A stretch of DNA of 63,927 nucleotides, filler included, from Pseudomonadota bacterium (GTDB taxonomy: Bacteria > Desulfobacterota > Desulfobacteria > Desulfobacterales > JBDRRP01): assembly GCA_043825735.1 (NCBI GenBank). It is 7 parts of 7 records of this genome, joined end to end, with 100 filler letters (N's around TTAATTAATTAA, not from the genome) between each part and the next. Parts side by side here need not be neighbours in the genome. Positions count along the whole stretch, not along the records: positions 60,561 to 63,927 come from JBDRRP010000035.1; 6 more parts are not named here. One strand, 5' to 3'. This document shows positions 61,733 through 63,927 of the stretch, one piece after another. Numbering within the stretch: position 1 is the first letter of the stretch; each line of letters starts with the position of its first letter. Both the position numbers and the translations under genes were made by a program. The notes beneath the pieces are model-generated. The model was not told the origin of the DNA. It did not search any database and was given only the letters and a program-made list of their open reading frames with translations.

Positions 61733-63196
61733 ATGGCCTCATATCCAGCGACAAATATACCGCCATGGCAACACCAAGAAAGTGGATGGGAGCATGTCCA
61801 GGCCGTCTCACACCCATATATAAGGATTGGCCCTGGAGGGGGCAAGACTAAATTTTTCATCGATTGTATCAATGGCCTTGGCGCTATGGTCTCCCTGATG
61901 GTTTGTCCGAACAAGGTTCTCAATCACTGGCCTCGGCAGATCAAGGTGCATTCGCCGAAAATGATTAAACCGATCTGTCCCACCACAGAGTCGTGGAGCG
62001 TCAAGAAAAAGGCCGCCTTTATCGAGGCAGAGCTAAACCTCGCCAAAATGGGCAGGTATCCCGCCCTTGTTATCCTGAATTTTGAATCGTTTTACCGGCC
62101 GCCGCTCGGGCCGACCAGGAAAAAGGTCGGAAATCGTATGCGCATCACCGATCCGGGTCTGCTTTCAAAGATTCCTTGGGATCTTTTCGGTATCGATGAG
62201 ATCCACCGGATCAAAAAGCCCGGCGGCATCTGGTCGTGGGCGGCGTACAACATCGGAAAGCACGCAAAACGCCGGGTGGGACTCTCCGGAACGATGCTGC
62301 CCAAAGACAAGCGCGATGCCTACGCGCAGTTCCGGTTTCTCGATGACGCGGTCTTTGGCACCAGCTACGCCAATTTTTGCCAGGCCTATTGCGTCATGGG
62401 CGGCTATGAAAACCGGCAGGTCATCGGATACCTCAATGAGGAAGTATTCGCGCAAAAGCTCTCCACAATTACCTACAGCGTGGACACCGATGACGTTCTG
62501 GACCTTCCCGCTGTGCATGACGTGCCGATCTATTTCGATCTCAGCGACAGCGCCAAAAAGGTCTACCGTGAGCTTGAACAAGAATACATCGCCCAGATCG
62601 ACCAGGGAGAGATTGTGGCGAAAAACGCCCTGGTAAAGATGCTCCGGCTTTGCCAGATGACCGGCGGCTTTGCCACCACAGATGACGGCAACATCCACCA
62701 GATCGACAACTCCAAGATCGAAAACCTTCTCGACAAGATGCAGGACTTGCCGCCAGGTGAGCCGGTAATGGTGTTTTACAAGTTTACTCCGGAGGCGATG
62801 GTTTTGCGCCATGCGCTTGAGGCCGCAGGTTACAAGGTCGGTGAAATCTCAGGCAGGGCAAACGATGAGCAGGGCTGGCTCGACGGCAAATTCAACGTCA
62901 TGCTTTTGCAAATCGATGCCTGCGCCGAGGGCCTTGATACGCTCACCGCTGCCAGGTACGGCTTCTTTTATACAAAGGGGCTGATCTCCCCAGGCAAACT
63001 CGACCAAGCCATCCGGCGTCTCAAGCGCCCCGGCCAGCAGCGGCGCGTGATCTTTTTCCATCTGATCGCCCGCGGCACCGTGGATCAGAAGATCGAAAGA
63101 TCTCTCAAGTCGGGAAGCGACACCATCCAGGGCGTCTACAACCAGATGAAAAACCGGGTCGATGACGATAGCGATCCGTTCGCCCTGGCCGCATAG
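61733..63196 (+). CDS. Phage-type SNF2-family helicase
   Basis: GPGGGKT, DEIH, LSGT, EGLD and QAIRRLKRPGQ motifs. Confidence 0.88.
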   Translation: MASYPATNIPPWQHQESGWEHVQAVSHPYIRIGPGGGKTKFFIDCINGLGAMVSLMVCPNKVLNHWPRQIKVHSPKMIKPICPTTESWSVKKKAAFIEAELNLAKMGRYPALVILNFESFYRPPLGPTRKKVGNRMRITDPGLLSKIPWDLFGIDEIHRIKKPGGIWSWAAYNIGKHAKRRVGLSGTMLPKDKRDAYAQFRFLDDAVFGTSYANFCQAYCVMGGYENRQVIGYLNEEVFAQKLSTITYSVDTDDVLDLPAVHDVPIYFDLSDSAKKVYRELEQEYIAQIDQGEIVAKNALVKMLRLCQMTGGFATTDDGNIHQIDNSKIENLLDKMQDLPPGEPVMVFYKFTPEAMVLRHALEAAGYKVGEISGRANDEQGWLDGKFNVMLLQIDACAEGLDTLTAARYGFFYTKGLISPGKLDQAIRRLKRPGQQRRVIFFHLIARGTVDQKIERSLKSGSDTIQGVYNQMKNRVDDDSDPFALAA

Positions 63197-63386
63197 ACGC
63201 TGTTACGAGGGCTTTGCTATGAGAATCAGTCTGCTAATACCGGATTGGCCGCGATGGAAATATGAGTATTACGGAATGCCTGTGCCATGCCTGAGAAGTG
63301 TGCACTGGCATATGTGGCAATAACGCAGTTAAACGCACAGTGGCCATTCAGGCATATCATAGCCAAACGATAGGAAGCGGGGTTTT

Positions 63387-63927
63387 TTGGGAAAAGTACT
63401 TGAGGCAACACACCCGTCCGGCGAAATTATCGTGTTTGACGATGACTCGCATACCTACACGGTTAAGTCCACCGGTGAGCGGTTCATCAGCGTCACCACG
63501 GTGCTTGGGGAGTACTTTCCCAAATTCGACGGGCCGGGTGTTGCCGAAAAGTGCAGCAACGGGTCAAATCCAAAGTACGCCGGACGGCCGGCCGCAGAGA
63601 TCCTGGCCGAATGGGATGCCGAGGGCGAGCGGGGCCGCACCGAGGGCACCAATGTTCATGCCTACGGCGAGTGGCGTCTTTTGCAGACGTTCGGTCCGCC
63701 CCGGGTGGAGTGCCCGGCGTCCATCAGCAATCGCACGGCGGCCTTGTTCAACCGGATCGATCAGTTTTTCCCGACGCTTCTCAAGCACTACAAGTTTGTG
63801 GCCGCAGAGCTTATCATTTTCTCCCTGAAGCTCAAAATCTCGGGAATGATCGACCTTTTGATGCAGTGCCGTAAAACCGGAGATTTTATCGTCCTCGATT
63901 GGAAACAAAACAAAGAGATCACGATGG
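63387..63927 (+). CDS. Phage PD-(D/E)XK nuclease (runs off the window; missing from the ORF track)
   Basis: Manual translation from TTG at 63387: FDDDSHTY, ISVTTVL, GTNVH, ELII, ISGMIDLL, VLDWK. Confidence 0.8.
   Translation, partial: MGKVLEATHPSGEIIVFDDDSHTYTVKSTGERFISVTTVLGEYFPKFDGPGVAEKCSNGSNPKYAGRPAAEILAEWDAEGERGRTEGTNVHAYGEWRLLQTFGPPRVECPASISNRTAALFNRIDQFFPTLLKHYKFVAAELIIFSLKLKISGMIDLLMQCRKTGDFIVLDWKQNKEITM

Noticed and set aside
63298..63874. Listed ORFs 63298-63828 and 63551-63874
   Set aside because: Wrong frames; the nuclease motifs are in the frame starting at 63387.

Overview
The window is seven contigs joined by 100-bp N-linkers carrying TTAATTAATTAA, so adjacency across linkers is not biological. 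Gene content suggests a Desulfobacterota-like (Deltaproteobacteria) draft genome. Contig 1: AAA ATPase, RHH/RelE toxin-antitoxin pair, a tRNA-Leu 3' att fragment and the distal end of a type 3 BREX-like locus (helicase, pglZ, brxA-like). Contig 2: an OprM/NodT lipoprotein, then a co-oriented cluster behind a sigma54-type promoter encoding a transglutaminase-like enzyme, a 1921-aa Ig/Fn3 repeat protein, an exported rhodanese-like protein and a >3270-aa RCC1/Calx-beta/CARDB giant, with nested palindromic repeats between them. Contig 3: VapBC, amylosucrase, isochorismatase-like hydrolase, SpmAB fusion, patatin. Contig 4: IS3 end, WD40-caspase lipoprotein, Tat metallophosphoesterase, DUF4062-TPR gene with one internal stop, aldo/keto reductase, decayed tRNA att, IS21 remnant. 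Contig 5: dead IS256 in a DUF433 gene, rocD, frameshifted gltD, gltB. Contig 6: decayed group II intron with mismatched flanks, IS91-like remnant. Contig 7: phage-like control region (XRE repressor, a mini-paralogue of its C-terminus, four operators), SNF2 helicase and PD-(D/E)XK nuclease. The best candidates for undescribed systems are the transglutaminase/giant-protein cluster, the repressor plus mini-paralogue switch, and the nested palindromic elements. All family calls come from motif recognition by eye; no database search was run.
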